A stretch of DNA of 58,472 nt, filler included, from Sphacelaria rigidula (lineage: Eukaryota), in assembly GCA_964200075.2 (NCBI GenBank). It is 5 parts of 5 records of this genome, joined end to end, with 100 filler letters (N's around TTAATTAATTAA, not from the genome) between each part and the next. Parts side by side here need not be neighbours in the genome. Positions count along the whole stretch, not along the records: positions 11,717 to 23,331 come from CAXNAA020004701.1; positions 23,432 to 35,045 come from CAXNAA020004702.1; 3 more parts are not named here. One strand, written 5' to 3'. The notes beneath the pieces are model-generated. The model was not told where the DNA came from, searched no databases, and saw nothing but the letters and a program-made list of their open reading frames with translations. Positions 12,057-24,577 of the stretch are shown here, one piece after another. The first letter of the stretch is position 1, and every line of letters begins with the position of its first letter. The position numbers were made by a program, and so were the translations under genes.

Positions 12057-13048
12057 GCTGGTTTTGGGGGGAGGGGCTATCGTAGAAAGACTCGCTTGTA
12101 AAACTTCCGCAACCGTAAACAGATCTCCTGCGGGAGATGTAAAGCTAACACCATGGGTCGTGACAGCCATGCCCCTCTTATGCCTCTGGCACCGCGACGC
12201 AATATTTTCGCGTCTACATTGGCCACACTGCAATACGTTCCCCACATGCTCTCGTTCTGCATGTGTTCTTGGTATGGACAGAGGAGGGAGAATAGAGCTG
12301 CGATACCACGAGTCGTGCTTCAGCATGATAGCAGACCCACGGACCCAACCCGCGAGCTCCGCCAATGTGGGCAAGTTCGTGCAGTCTCTGAAGGGTACGG
12401 AGGCGCCGCAGGAGTTATACCGAAAAATGCGCACTCACGGTCACTGGTGACTTCATGAGATGTGTTCGCTGTTGTTGGAGCCCTCTGTGAGAAAACTATA
12501 TGCACCCTCGGGTATTAGGGTGCTCACGATAAGCCTACGACAGTAGTGGTGTGTAGAGTCTTCGGACGAAATACATCGCCCACAACACCTCCTTACGTGC
12601 TTTTTTTAGTTAAATTAATTCAGTTGGTGTAATTAGCTCGTTGATTTTTTCCTACACCCACGCATCAGGGGGGGGTTATGTGAATCGCATGCTACGCCTC
12701 CCCCCCCCGCCCCCCCCTCCCTATCAGGGCGGGTACCCCTCCTCCTCCGACGCCACCCCGCTTTGTATAGGATTTATTGTGAGATTGGTTCACAGGAGTT
12801 TGTATGGCGTTTGGGGGGTAGGGGGGGTGGAGGTTTGGTACCCTACCCCCACCGCCCCCAAATAAGAAAGTGGGTACACAGGTGTCGGGAGAATGTTTTG
12901 TCGTGTACCCCCGGATGGTCTCATCAATAGTTCGACTTTTTTTTGTCCTTTTCTCATTTCCTTGCATTTTCCCTTTCCATGCGTTGTGTTGCGCTGCTGT
13001 GCTGTACGCGAGGGATCTCAACAAACTAGTCCGTAGGCGAGGGGGGGG

Positions 13049-13112
13049 TGTACTCATGAGTTGTGTGCCTTTGTTGTTTGACCATCGACCATGCATCCCT
13101 TTCGAGACGGAG
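13049..13112 (-). mobile_element. Family B-like 3' fragment with TSD
   Basis: Flanked by AGGCGA-G8 (13035-13048) and AGGCGAA-Gn (13113-13135). Confidence 0.85.
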
Positions 13113-13283
13113 AGGCGAAGGGGGGGGGGGGGGGGCGGGCGGCTGTACGACACTGAAATCTAAATGATGCTAATGATGCTAGCCGACAGTCGGCTTTTAC
13201 CGTACCGTGCTGTCGCAGGATGGCGATAAGTGGCCCTGAAATATCTCGCTGCCCTCGGGATAGGGGCAGGGGGGGGTGGGGGG

Positions 13284-13325
13284 CGTACTCATGATCATGC
13301 ATGCCATAGTCATAAGACAATTGAC
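13284..13325 (-). mobile_element. Family A 3' fragment with TSD
   Basis: Flanked by GCAGGGGGG at 13266 and at 13326-13334. Confidence 0.85.
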
Positions 13326-13634
13326 GCAGGGGGGACGAGGCTTCCATATGATTACGGGACACTCTGGTATAAACCGGTGTGTGGATTCATGTATGAGTGT
13401 TGACAAGAATCAACGCTGCTCGGGAAGAGGGAGGGAGCAGGTCTGTTCCGTTTGGCTTGGTTCATTGACAGGATACATACATGGTGTTGCAGAGGCAGGT
13501 ACCCCGAACATTGGAATATCGAACAACGATCTGAGTGGAAGAAAAACTACATGTGGTGTGCTGAGGGCCCAAAATCGAGTTGAGTTAACCGGAGTTGGGC
13601 TACATTCTATCCATGGTTGATACATTTTACAACT

Positions 13635-13775
13635 ATCGCTATCCCTAGCCCTAACCCAGCCCAAGGTATATCGAGAACCCTCCTGCAAGGAAGGTGCATA
13701 GGGTTCCCTAGGCAGAGCGTGACGCTGGTAGACCACAAGGCGCCGATTTTGACGAAAACCCGTTCTGCGGACGCT
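13635..13775 (-). repeat. Family D dispersed repeat carrying telomere-like units
   Basis: Reverse complement aligns with 33190-33350; third copy at ~30050-30210. Confidence 0.7.
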
Positions 13776-15169
13776 AGAAGCATACGGGACTGTCAAGCCC
13801 CACTAGAGATCCGATTCTCGTTGTTCACACTCCAAGGAAGTTATCCAACTATGTAGCCCAACTGCGATTAACTTCACTGCCAAAATCTGATCCTGGAATA
13901 TGCCACCACAGTATACTTGAAGAGGGCGGGGGGGATCGGTGATTGAATTCGAGTGTGTCAAAACGTCGGGGGGGGAAATTGGTGGTTGGGGCCGTCTACA
14001 CGTGTTGGAACGGTGCCTACGTTCACATGTTCAGACTCACGGAAGATAATCGTCCATGGGTTGGAGTGCACGCACGTGCAGAGTTTGTGTGGAAGCTGCT
14101 TCCTCGGCAAAGGAACCAGGATTGGTGTACACCAAGGTGCAGTAGAGTGTAGGGGGGTTGGTGATACTCTACCAGGTGTGGGCAGGTACAGCGTTGAAAC
14201 TGAAGGAAAGGACAAGTCAGTAACAAGTTACAGATTTTTTTTTTCTTCGCACATACTGTAGACTCGGGTTGCTGGATTCTCAGACCTGCACACATATGCA
14301 GTCTGGGTGTTATCCTCCGGTCTACAGGGTGTCATGCATGAATGGCTCTTCTGTGCACACCTGTCTGCACCAGGGCATCTTATGTTGGTCATGTTGGTTG
14401 ATTGATCAATTTATTATGGCACATCAGCTGATCCACTGCAAATCTAGCCGTGGTGACAACGTGAACTCATCGTACCCAGGGAAAGTACGCGAAAACATTC
14501 ATCACAGGGAGTTCGAGAAAGGGGGGGAAATGAAGATCTAGACAAAAAAAGGGGGGGGGGGGAAGAAAAACGCCGGGCTAAAATCTGGCACCGCTCCTGA
14601 GAAAGCCGTGCCAGGCTCTGTCAAGAAATGATGTTTGTCTATTTCTGTAGTAGTCAACGTTCAAGAGCATCAAGACGTTGCCATCGTTGTCATCTGTCAT
14701 TCGGACTGTTAGACACAGAATAGTCCGTGTGATTGGTTACGGTTCAACTTGTTGTAACTGTCAGAATGTTGGTACTGTAGATATGTAGATGACCACCTTC
14801 TTCACTCTTCTCTTCACGTCGGGAACAATCAATACAAGCTACGTACATTGTGCATACATCCTTCTCCTGATCGGCTTAATGGCTGAGAGCGTCTGCCCCT
14901 GCGACACGTTCATGGTACTACACTCAGTATCACCTAACAGGCTCCAGCCATGTCAGTAGGAGAGGAGGCTGTACAAAACGCGATGCCGGAAAATACATAT
15001 GAGGGGACGAATTTCCATATCGCCATATATACCAAGGCACCTATGATAAATTGCAGACAATACGGTGCTCCTACCGTCACCCTCCAAACAAAAATACACG
15101 AAGTAAAGAAGGAGCAGACATGCAAAGGGAGGGGGGAAGGGGGGGGGAGTTCTGTTTTCGCTGGATGAG

Positions 15170-15326
15170 TGCTTACAAGGCGGGAGAGCGAGTTCCCCGT
15201 CCCCACAAGGAGATGATGCAAAGCACTCACCCAGGGGAGGTGTTTCATTTCGATTTTCTCAGTGCTGGCGAGGGTGGTCCGCTGGGAGATAATAGCTTGG
15301 ACGAAGGAGATCCGTTCAAGTACATA
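15170..15326 (+). pseudogene. Isolated Gypsy integrase fragment
   Basis: KAGERVPRP...THPGEVFHFDFLSAGEGGPLG...FKYI is homologous to the integrase at ~6455-6610. Confidence 0.75.
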
Positions 15327-17481
15327 GGGGGGACCCGTGTAGCAGCACGTATATACTACAATAGGGATGACGACAAAAGGTTCACGAATTGTACTTTCCC
15401 CACATCATTCGTTTATCCTGGCCGAATAAGAGCATATACGCATAGCCAGCTCTTGCCGTCGCGCTCGCCCTCGACGATGAAAGCATGAACTATTGCCTCT
15501 CCGGCACCAAGCAAGTAGCAAGCCTCACGCTGTTGACGACGAGAACCACGGACTCACACGCGAAACTGATCTCTACCGACGGTGCTGCTTGTAGTGCATC
15601 ACGTGCTTGCATTGTTGTAAACATACCACTTCAGGGTGGCGTTTTACGATGTTAACAGCGAGATACACTCACTTCCGGCAAGAAGCGGCAACTCCTGACC
15701 AGCAGGGGAAATACCATAAAGTTGCTGTCTAATCATACTCTCAGCAGTGCACAGACGATAACATGCTTGAAACAACACTACCCGATACAACAGTGCTTAG
15801 TACCACCTATGCACGCCCGCGAGGGCCGGTGCGTTCAACCAAGAGGCACCCCTTCCCCCTCCCTCACGCCTCACCCCGGCATACTGGCCAACCACCCCCG
15901 AAGCCCTGATTTTCCCACACTCTAGGATATGCATCCTCAGGATCAACGAGAATACAACTGCCCGAACCCACACGACAGTACCTTTGACCATACCTACTGC
16001 TGACGTTCCAGCTCAAATATGAGCGAGATTGCTCCCTATACTTGTACGCATCGGCTATAACGTTTAGTTGCCGAGAAAAGCAAGACCGCGCCTTGGACGA
16101 ACACGTGCATGCGTACCCATACGTCCACCACTTCATTCGGTGGCAACAGGGCACAAACAAGGCAAAACATGAAACACTTCAGTTGCCTTCTACAAAAAAT
16201 CGAAAACTGAAAGAAAAAAAAAAGGCGGGGGCGCAGGGACAATCCAGCAATGCCTCTACCTTGGAAGCAAGGGAGGCGGGGGGAAGAACAAGGAATATCA
16301 AGGCGGTCTACGACGAAAAGTCGTCAGAGCTTTCGATAGCACCAAGTCTGGACTTGTCGCCGCTTCAAAACAAACGAAACCAAGCCATCATGACGAGGGA
16401 GGTGCTCACTTGCAAACTCAACGACGTCGCGTGCCCGACGAACGCGAAATGTGCCCCTACATGTCGCGCTAAAACCGTTTGCAGCAAGGCACGAGCAAAT
16501 CAGCACAGCAAACGAGACAAACCTCCCCAAAAACGAAAAAAAACAAAAACACGACACACAAACAAAACACATACGTACTTCAGGCACATGGTACATGAAG
16601 ATACTCGCTAGGAGCTGCAGGATACTACCTCAGCTTGCGCAGAACCGGAATATTTCCCCCAAGTGTCACATAGTGAAACGTGTCCTCCAACGACCGTCGA
16701 ATCGGCACGAACAAATCAAATCACCAACCGCCACGCTAGTCGCCAAATTTGCTATTCTGGCACACCAAATTTGCTATTCTGACGAAAAACAAAAACGCCT
16801 GTTGAAGACGGAAACAACCGTTGAAAAAAGGGTAGCGGAGCCCAGACGGTCTACGAGAATGGGTTTTCCTGACAAGCCCACGTTTTCAGCTCTGCAGCAG
16901 CTACAACTACATACACAAGTCAAAATCCAGGCACCCGCTATGACCTAAAATAAATTCTGCATAACATAACAGCACGGAGTTCAGTGTATTATCTACACCC
17001 CTTGCGCGGGGGGTACCGGTACTCGCTGAAGTCCCACCGTTTATGTGAGGCAGCCGCCCGCATGATCAATGGTTATCGCAAAGTCAAAATGAAAAAATAC
17101 GACAAAAAGGCGCTCAGCTGGTCGAGGTCACGGTGGCCAACACCTGTTTTGCTCAGGACGAAGGTGGGACCTGCCAGCGTGTGTCGCAAGGGTTGACCCA
17201 CCCACTGCATTGCTCTTCAGGGTGGTCATGTTTAGCCCTTCCCTCGCTGTGCGCATCTCGTCTAAAGATAAACTGAGCGTTTGCACGTGGAGGAAACGAG
17301 GGGAGGGGAGGTAGAGGCAGGCAGGCCGTGAAACCATTGTCGACCGGCAGTTGTGTGTAGCAATGATGATATGCCCAAGCGCAAAAAAAGCACGCATTAT
17401 CTGTGTTCAAATGCAACCTCGGGCATTGGGCACCTCTATGGCTGTGAACGGGAAAAAGCAGGCGCGTCGTGTGTCTAGAGA

Positions 17482-18666
17482 TTACGCAAGCGGCGTGGGA
17501 TGCGACGGTGCTCGGTCTCCATAAGCGTACATGGATATCCGTGCAGTGGTATCCGATCGTGTCCAAGCGAAAAACTCTGTAACGCATGCATCACCCATGG
17601 CGGAGTCAGACACCACAACGAAATCGCAGAAAATACACTTAGGCCGAGCGAAAACCAAGACAAACTCCTCAGGGTGGTGCAGACTACCGTTATGAGCTGT
17701 TACAACGTCTCCTAACTCCCGCCCCCTATTCAGGCGCGCGCACCCCGCCTTCCCTATCCCGGAGTTCCTGCTTGCGAGCGTGCCCCCCACGACAGGTCGC
17801 CGCCAGGCGATGCGGGCCCACAGGGCGCATGTTGCTGCGGTGAGCTCCAGGAAAAGCAGCACCATAATACCGGGCCTGCCTGCCTGAAAGATCGCGACCA
17901 GCGTAGCAGTCCACCAGTGTTCAGACGAGTCCTCTTGTTCGAACACCATGCGGATGAGGCGCCGAGACTGCTCCATCGCACCAATGCCATCCCTATCGTA
18001 GTACAGCAACCCGACGACGATCGTGGTCACGGTCGCTAGTACTGACCAGCCTAAGGCCAAACTCACCCCACCCAACTCGTGCAGCTTTCGCACGATGCGT
18101 GTCGGTCCTGCAAGGCCGGGCCGAGCACACATGGCGTAAGTGGTCATGGCAGCCGCATAGGTCAGGAACAACGCCAGCAGGAGGTGCCACACAAACATCA
18201 CCGACCAACCCAGGTCGCTCCACCCAGAGGAGTCAGCGTTCAACACGATGCGGCACGCGTATGCCACGTCGTCTACTAGCGGGGTAATGGTGAACGCGTC
18301 CAATGCGGGGCTCAGGGAGAAGATCGATATGAACGCCACGTAGATCAATTGGTTGTTGGTCCACACGTTCTGGTCAACCAACCGCTCGATAGCACGGGCA
18401 GGGGGGAAAATAGCGCCCATTTGACCGAGCCATTGCTTTGCAGCCCAACAAGCACGCGCAACGGGCCGCGCCCTCGTCAGCTCTTGCGGGATGACGAGTA
18501 CCACCGCTGTAGCACCGCGAACGACGCCGTCTCGAATACAGAGGAACAGCCGCCAGGTGCCCTCCCACGCCAACCGTACCATGGTATGGAGTGTGGGGAG
18601 GACATACAGCCGCGAGACCACAACAGATGAAATCCAAAATGCGCTGAAGACAATCAGGTATAATGC
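17482..18666 (-). CDS. Exon 5 of unknown secreted/membrane protein gene (multi-transmembrane region); 3' end uncertain
   Basis: Pyrimidine-rich acceptor ...accaccag, phase 0; ALYLIVFSAFWISSVVV and several further hydrophobic segments; open to TAA at 17482 (a GTACGC donor at ~17530 is possible). Confidence 0.7.
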   Translation of the reverse strand, partial: ALYLIVFSAFWISSVVVSRLYVLPTLHTMVRLAWEGTWRLFLCIRDGVVRGATAVVLVIPQELTRARPVARACWAAKQWLGQMGAIFPPARAIERLVDQNVWTNNQLIYVAFISIFSLSPALDAFTITPLVDDVAYACRIVLNADSSGWSDLGWSVMFVWHLLLALFLTYAAAMTTYAMCARPGLAGPTRIVRKLHELGGVSLALGWSVLATVTTIVVGLLYYDRDGIGAMEQSRRLIRMVFEQEDSSEHWWTATLVAIFQAGRPGIMVLLFLELTAATCALWARIAWRRPVVGGTLASRNSGIGKAGCARLNRGRELGDVVTAHNGSLHHPEEFVLVFARPKCIFCDFVVVSDSAMGDACVTEFFAWTRSDTTARISMYAYGDRAPSHPTPLA

Positions 18667-18929
18667 CTGGTGGTTTCAGGGGCAAATATACCGGCAGGCG
18701 GAGAGCAGAGGGAGTCACAATCGTTTTGCTGGCATAACCACAGTAGCTGCTGGTGACCAACATACGCGTTTTCAAGCGGATGATAAGACAAGGGAGGGAA
18801 GGGGGGGGGGGGGGGGGTACAGCTATGCAGCAGGAGGGGGGGAGAATTGAATCTAAGAATTGAGAGTGACCGGGACCAACANNNNNNNNNNTATACATGA
18901 GAGGGGGGTGAGTGCGCGAGGTGTGGTAG

Positions 18930-18965
<36 letters not shown>

Positions 18966-19433
18966 GGGTGGTTACAGCTATGCAGCAGTAGGGTGGGAGA
19001 ATTGAATCTAAGAATTGAGAGTGACCGGTACCAACACCTATGGAAAATGGTGAAGGAATGCTGACACGTTTCGACTTCAAAATATGGTGGTAGCATGTGA
19101 TACCCAACTATAATAAAGAACACGACTAAGCGAAACGAAAAGTGCTGGGTCTCACCCTGTCTGCCCTCATCACAGAAGAACTTCAATAGATATCTCGTCT
19201 GGTACAAAACACCACGAACGGCTTCAGAAACAAGCAACACCCGCCCCCATCACATGAGACTTTTCGGATTGAAACACGTCCCTTCTAGCCGCACTACGCG
19301 TCGTTCCGCCATTGAACTCTCGGCTAAAACAAGCGGTACACTGCGGCCGAACTTTGTCTCAAGACACCACACGTACAGCATTGCAGGTCGTCGACGTACG
19401 TAGCGACATGAGATGCCGCAGACACCCACTCAC

Positions 19434-19772
19434 CTCAAAGTGGTCGCTAAGCTTGCGATATTCCACCTCCAACTCTAAAGTTTCGTCGTGGAGGTCTACA
19501 TTCTCTCGCTATAGCGTCGCGTTGTCATCTTGAAGCGACATTATGTCCGCCTTCGCAGCGGACAATGCCCTCTCCGTGCTGTCGAAGAGCCGGTTGCTAG
19601 CCACCAACTCGTTCGTCGACTGCTTTATGGTTTCCTCCGCAGCCGACAGTTTGCCTGTGAGATCATCCTGGACTTTTAAGGCTGTCTGCAACCGTTTGTG
19701 GGCGTGACGTAATCCGTTCAGCTTCGCGTCCAGAGCGGTCTCTTCTTTGGCGAGCTTCGTGCATGCGGTTTG
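19434..19772 (-). CDS. Exon 4 (coiled coil) containing an in-frame TAG
   Basis: ttgtgcag acceptor, GTGAGT donor, phase 0/0; heptad-rich QTACTKLAKEETALDAKLNGL...NATL*RENVDLHDETLELEVEYRKLSDHFE. Confidence 0.75.
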
Positions 19773-20573
19773 CTGCACAAGAAGCTGGCGGAGCAGGCGA
19801 AGAGAAACAAATGGTCGACCTGTGGGATGGCTACGAACTGTTTGATTCTTGTTTCCCTTGCGAGGAGCTGAAACAGGCCAGTCAGGATGCCCACCCCGTC
19901 GTCGTCCATGCAGCACTGGGGTAATAGGTTTCTGCCTCTCCTGATTTTGTACCCGCATATCATATCCAGACACATGTGTTTCTGATAGCCCTACTCCAAC
20001 AAGCTCGGGGTGAGGTACTCTGGCGTATGATGGAGACGCTGATGCAGGAGTCGCTCATGGTGGTGTGTACAGAACTGATGCCAACGGAAGAGGCTGAGCA
20101 CAGCCACCTTCGCACCCGTGGTTTGATGGAGTCCGCAAGTCCGAGGGCTCTCTCGCGAAATGAAACCTGGTGGAAGCTTGGTTACTAGTGCTTTACGGCC
20201 AAGTTGGTGGGAAATGTGAAAAAAACAAGACGCAACTCCAGGTGAATGCGCGAGCATGAGAGGATTCCGGTCACTTCACTATGAGCACATGCGTGTGGTG
20301 TGTATGTGAAGGCGTACCGCTGCTAGGGTGATTGACTCGTTGCAAGACTCAGCTTCACACACGGTTTAGAGCACATTGGTTCCTACAGAGCTAACAGGGA
20401 GCGGTTGAACACCGATTGAAATGCCTCAGAAAACGCTATCGGGCCGCAAAGATGCGTGAAATTTCGCGTCATGCCGCGCATCATATCATCTCGTCAACAC
20501 TGTTAACTCATTTGTGGCCAACTTTCCCCCCCATCTCGTTCAGTTCATCTACATCAACCGACACCACGACTAC

Positions 20574-20654
20574 CTTCTCTATGGCCCGCTGAGAGGACTC
20601 TTGGCATCGTCCCAACTCGACCTTCTGCTCCTTGAACATCCTCTCCGCGGCCGC
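20574..20654 (-). CDS. Exon 3
   Basis: cttcag / GTAGTC, 81 nt, phase 0/0: AAAERMFKEQKVELGRCQESSQRAIEK. Confidence 0.7.
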
Positions 20655-20736
20655 CTGAAGCGTGTTTCGCCGAGCGAAGGAAGCAGCACACATACAAATC
20701 ATGGGGAAATCAAACAACGTTGCGTAAGTTGACTCG

Positions 20737-20787
20737 CGAAACGAAACGAAACGAAACGAAACGAAACGAAACGAAACGAAACGAAAC
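20737..20787 (+). repeat. (CGAAA)10 microsatellite, intronic
   Basis: Perfect pentanucleotide run. Confidence 0.97.
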
Positions 20788-21033
20788 AGGGTGGCGCGGC
20801 CATTAACCCACTGGCGAGTGTTCCTCGCTTCGGGATTTGTTCTTGGAATCTTCCGGTAAACTACCGTTTATAACAACTCTAGTGTTGCCGCACACACAAG
20901 TGCCGCGATAAAAAATATGTCGTCCCTTCGTGAACGTTTTGAAAGCGATACCATACACAACGGGGAATGATCAGGCGTGAAGGGTGAGTGGGGTTGAGAG
21001 CGAGCACATGAACTCCCCACGCATACAACTCAC

Positions 21034-21091
21034 CCGTGCAGTCTCCCGTAGGTCAAGTGCGATGAGCGGATGTACACACTCCATCTCGACT
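21034..21091 (-). CDS. Exon 2
   Basis: ctctgcag / GTGAGT, 58 nt, phase 2/0: VEMECVHPLIALDLRETAR. Confidence 0.7.
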
Positions 21092-21548
21092 CTGCAGAGG
21101 ACGACACAGAGAGCCCGCCGGGAAGGAAGAGAGGCAGGCGAGGGCAAATTTAAACAGGGCTAGTGTCTCAGTCTGTGGCCAAGGCCTCGCACGAGCATGG
21201 ATTATGACAAAACAGGCCAGCACACTCTCGGAAAAGGCAACCCCTCGCAATACCAGCAGCTACTACTGGACAAATACTTGCCGTGAAACCGGCTAGATGT
21301 TCTTCCATGCAAATTGCAATCCTAACATCGTTAATACTGTCGTACAATCCTACGTCGCGCGTGATAAACTAAATAGTGCGCGGTTGTTGTTTCGCCGCTG
21401 CTAGTCCATTGTCAATCGCGGGGCGCAGTTGATAGCACATTAAGGCATCTATTCTTGTATAACGAAGGTGTGGTGGACAGCGCTCGAGCTACCACTATCT
21501 GCTCACACCCGAGCAAGACGAAGCTACAAACTCAAGCGACCCACTTAC

Positions 21549-21658
21549 CCTGCTCCCGCCTCCGGCACACTGACATCAATCCTGGCCTCCGCGCGAAGCC
21601 CCCCACCGTACGCGAGAGCCAACACGCTGACCAACAACATATGAATTGTCTCCTTCAT
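21549..21658 (-). CDS. Exon 1 with signal peptide
   Basis: ATG at 21658: MKETIHMLLVSVLALAYGGGLRAEARIDVSVPEAGA; GTAAGT donor in phase 2, compatible with exon 2. Confidence 0.72.
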
Positions 21659-21895
21659 TGATCCCGCCTCGAGGCAGATGCGCCTTAAATGGAAACATTC
21701 CAGCGCGCGACGGCCGGGGGGGGAGGGGGCGAGAAAAAAATATCGATGGTGTTGGTGAAATAGAGGCAGTATGGTACGATACGGTGCTGTACGAGCCTGC
21801 TGAGATCGCGCAGTAAGTGCCTTGTTCGTAAATGTACTGCATCATAGAGACAAAAACATGATTCACGCAAGATGTAATGGCATCAGAATTACCAG

Positions 21896-22125
21896 TGGGA
21901 CAAAATTCGATTTCGCGGTCAACGAGGGAAAGGGACCACTAAACCCCTCTCGCGATAAAGAAAAGGCAAGCACGGCAGAAGGAAGGTAGGTGGAGTGCTG
22001 AAACAAAAAGTGAATAAAAAACGCCTGTGTTGGCCTTCCTGTGTGACCCGGACTGATGCGCCCACATGTACCGAAACGGGTAGACTGGCGTCTAGAAGAG
22101 ATGGGATGACAACACACACAACAAC
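21896..22125 (+). mobile_element. tRNA-derived SINE, 5'-truncated copy
   Basis: Reverse complement of the body at 33406-33640 and 54259-54490; ends in an ACACACAACAAC tail. Confidence 0.8.
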
Positions 22126-22783
22126 GCTGCCATGATCCAAAGAAACAAGGCCATTCAGGGCGTGCGTCACCAAATTGTTTGGGACAGCGGGAAAATGCGG
22201 CGAGACTGTTATTCGGTATTACCGTTTGTTTGACCCGATTTGGGCCCAGTGAGACTTCGCGAAACAAAAAAATACCAAGACGTGACTAGCACTCCTTATT
22301 GTCAAAGTTATTCACGCGTTGGTCATGTGATATTTTTGCGTGCTCAATGGCCCGGGCCAAAGCTCTGTCTCGATCGCTCAACGCTGTGATTGACTTTTGT
22401 GTCAATTGGCTTCGGGCTGAACTTCTCTACGTTTGGCATCTCTAGCAGCTCAGAACTGACTGTTATATAAATAGAAAGTGGCACTAGATTCTCATGCAGA
22501 ATACTGTTGCTTGCCCAAAATCGCACCAACTCCATCGAAAATTGTACCTTGGACTAATGCGTCTACCTAGCCGAGGTGTCACGGACGTGGCGTGACTGTA
22601 GCTGCTGATGAACGCGTTGAGAAACCGAGCCCACGTGATCAAGAGCCACACATCACAATGATGATACAAGAACATATGTTTTCTGATGGATGATGTCCTG
22701 GATGTCCTCGCTTTACTTTCCGCTTCGAATTTTTCCGGTAGGAAGTGAACTACAGTGTGTCGGAACAGAATGGCATGCACACG

Positions 22784-23004
22784 TCAGGGGGGCTTCCCAT
22801 TGTTCGCCACACCATTTTGCCACTTGAACGTTTTGATAAAACACTCCCTCAGTCGCGTTCGGTATCCTTCGCAAGAGCCTATTGAGGTGTTGATCACAGC
22901 TACAGGTTGCAACGTGTCCACGGTCAAGGGCTTGCCAGCGCCCCAACTCGGGAGCAGACGTTTTTCAAGTACAATCACCTCAGCAACATTCGTTCGCGGC
23001 GCTA
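22784..23004 (-). CDS. Possible terminal exon of an upstream gene, unknown product
   Basis: Strong acceptor ctcttttttgcctttcag, open for ~73 codons to TGA; no recognisable domain. Confidence 0.35.
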
Positions 23005-23331
23005 CTGAAAGGCAAAAAAGAGGTGCACCCAGCCGAGCCCCGCAGGTCGAACTGGTGCACCAACACTACTGTACAACAGATTCGGGAAAAGTTCGTAGGT
23101 TTCGATACCGACACCCGACAGCAGAGTCTACTTGATAAGAAGGATAATCGATAACATTGGAATTCGATGAAAGGCGGCGCGGGTGTTGATAGTAGTGGTG
23201 AAAGCAACGATAACAATAATGACGTTGGGCAATAGTCATGATAAATGATTCAATGCTTCATGAAGTGATTCCGCGATAGCCCCCCCCCCCCCCAACCCCT
23301 AGTTCTGTTAGGATCTGAGAGAGATAGAGGG

Positions 23332-23431
23332 NNNNNNNNNNNNNNNNNNNNNNNNNNNNNNNNNNNNNNNNNNNNTTAATTAATTAANNNNNNNNNNNNN
23401 NNNNNNNNNNNNNNNNNNNNNNNNNNNNNNN
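23332..23431. other. Artificial contig spacer
   Basis: N44-TTAATTAATTAA-N44. Confidence 0.97.
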
Positions 23432-23897
23432 GGCTTCGCATCTCTACAAAGCCAGGACGGAGCACGCGGGGTTTTCGCCGGACCCGGCTCGCACTCAATC
23501 ACCAAGCGCGGAGCGCCGTCGCGTGTTCGGCGAGTCGCATGAAGGATGAGCTTCATCCTGCTAAGATTACTCCGCCCGAAGCCTACTGATTAACTTGCAT
23601 TTGGATGACAGCTTACAATGAGTTGCTTTATTTTCTGGTATCGCCACTTCCAGAGACAGCCATGACTTTCACACTGCCTCATGGGTGTCTCACCATTTAC
23701 ACACTACGTCGTAAGATCATCCCCATTGCGCGGAATCGAGCTTCTCCCACGCCGCACAACATGATCTAGCTCGACCACCATCATGATTACCGCAAAAAAC
23801 GCAAGCGCGCGCAAAAAAAACGGTAGCCTGGTTGCCTAGCTTACGCAGTGAGTGGTGTGTTCTACAGCGTCAACGCCAACCGACGTCAACCCCCTCG
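23432..23897 (-). mobile_element. Family A retroposon, near full length (3' end cut by the contig edge)
   Basis: Colinear reverse complement of 44727-45190; a second family A fragment lies at ~23905-23957. Confidence 0.88.
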
Positions 23898-24577
23898 GGG
23901 GTCCGCCCCTACAAAGCCGGGACGGACCACACCGCGTTTTCGCCGGACCAGGCTCGACGAGGAGGGGGGGGGGAATCAAAGTGGCGAAAGATAGATGACG
24001 GGACAAAACACACGGGAGTACGAACTGATTAAAAAAAAACGACCAGTCGCCCCCGCCCCATCCCCCCAACTGTTTCTGTACCTAGACTGGTGAGTTCGCT
24101 GTTTCCCGCAGTGCCATACGCCCGACGCAACTCCTTCCCTGCGAACAAGTGCAGGGCTTCATTGATTTCCTTTTCCATGCCCTGTCCCAGCACCCTGGAG
24201 GATGACTATAAAAACGCACGGGGGGTAAGGACGGGGGGCAGACACAACGCAAAATATACATCAAGTGAAAAAAACAGGGTAAACGCGGATATGGTTATAT
24301 ACCACCATCGGAAAGGAAAAGCTACATTTACGCCACATGCTAAAACATGGAGTAGTTACAATTTTCACCGTCAATTGTCTTTGAATAATGTTCTTCTTCA
24401 AAATCAAAATTTATTGTAGCAAGACGTGAGTGTAAAAACACGTTGAGATCTTGCCCAGAGAGCCACAATAACTCATGTATGTAAGTTATAAACGAGCAAT
24501 GACAAGAAAAAATGGCGAAGTACAATACCCCAGATTTGTTTTTTTGCTAGGAAGCACTCCGCCTGGTGCAACAATAA

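Noticed and set aside
18800-19040. 65-bp direct repeat with long G runs
   Set aside because: The copies straddle an N gap next to G homopolymers, so this is probably an assembly overlap artefact.
22605-22630. Hammerhead-like CTGATGA...GAAA
   Set aside because: Stem II is not closed adjacent to GAAA and I found no stems I/III or NUH site.
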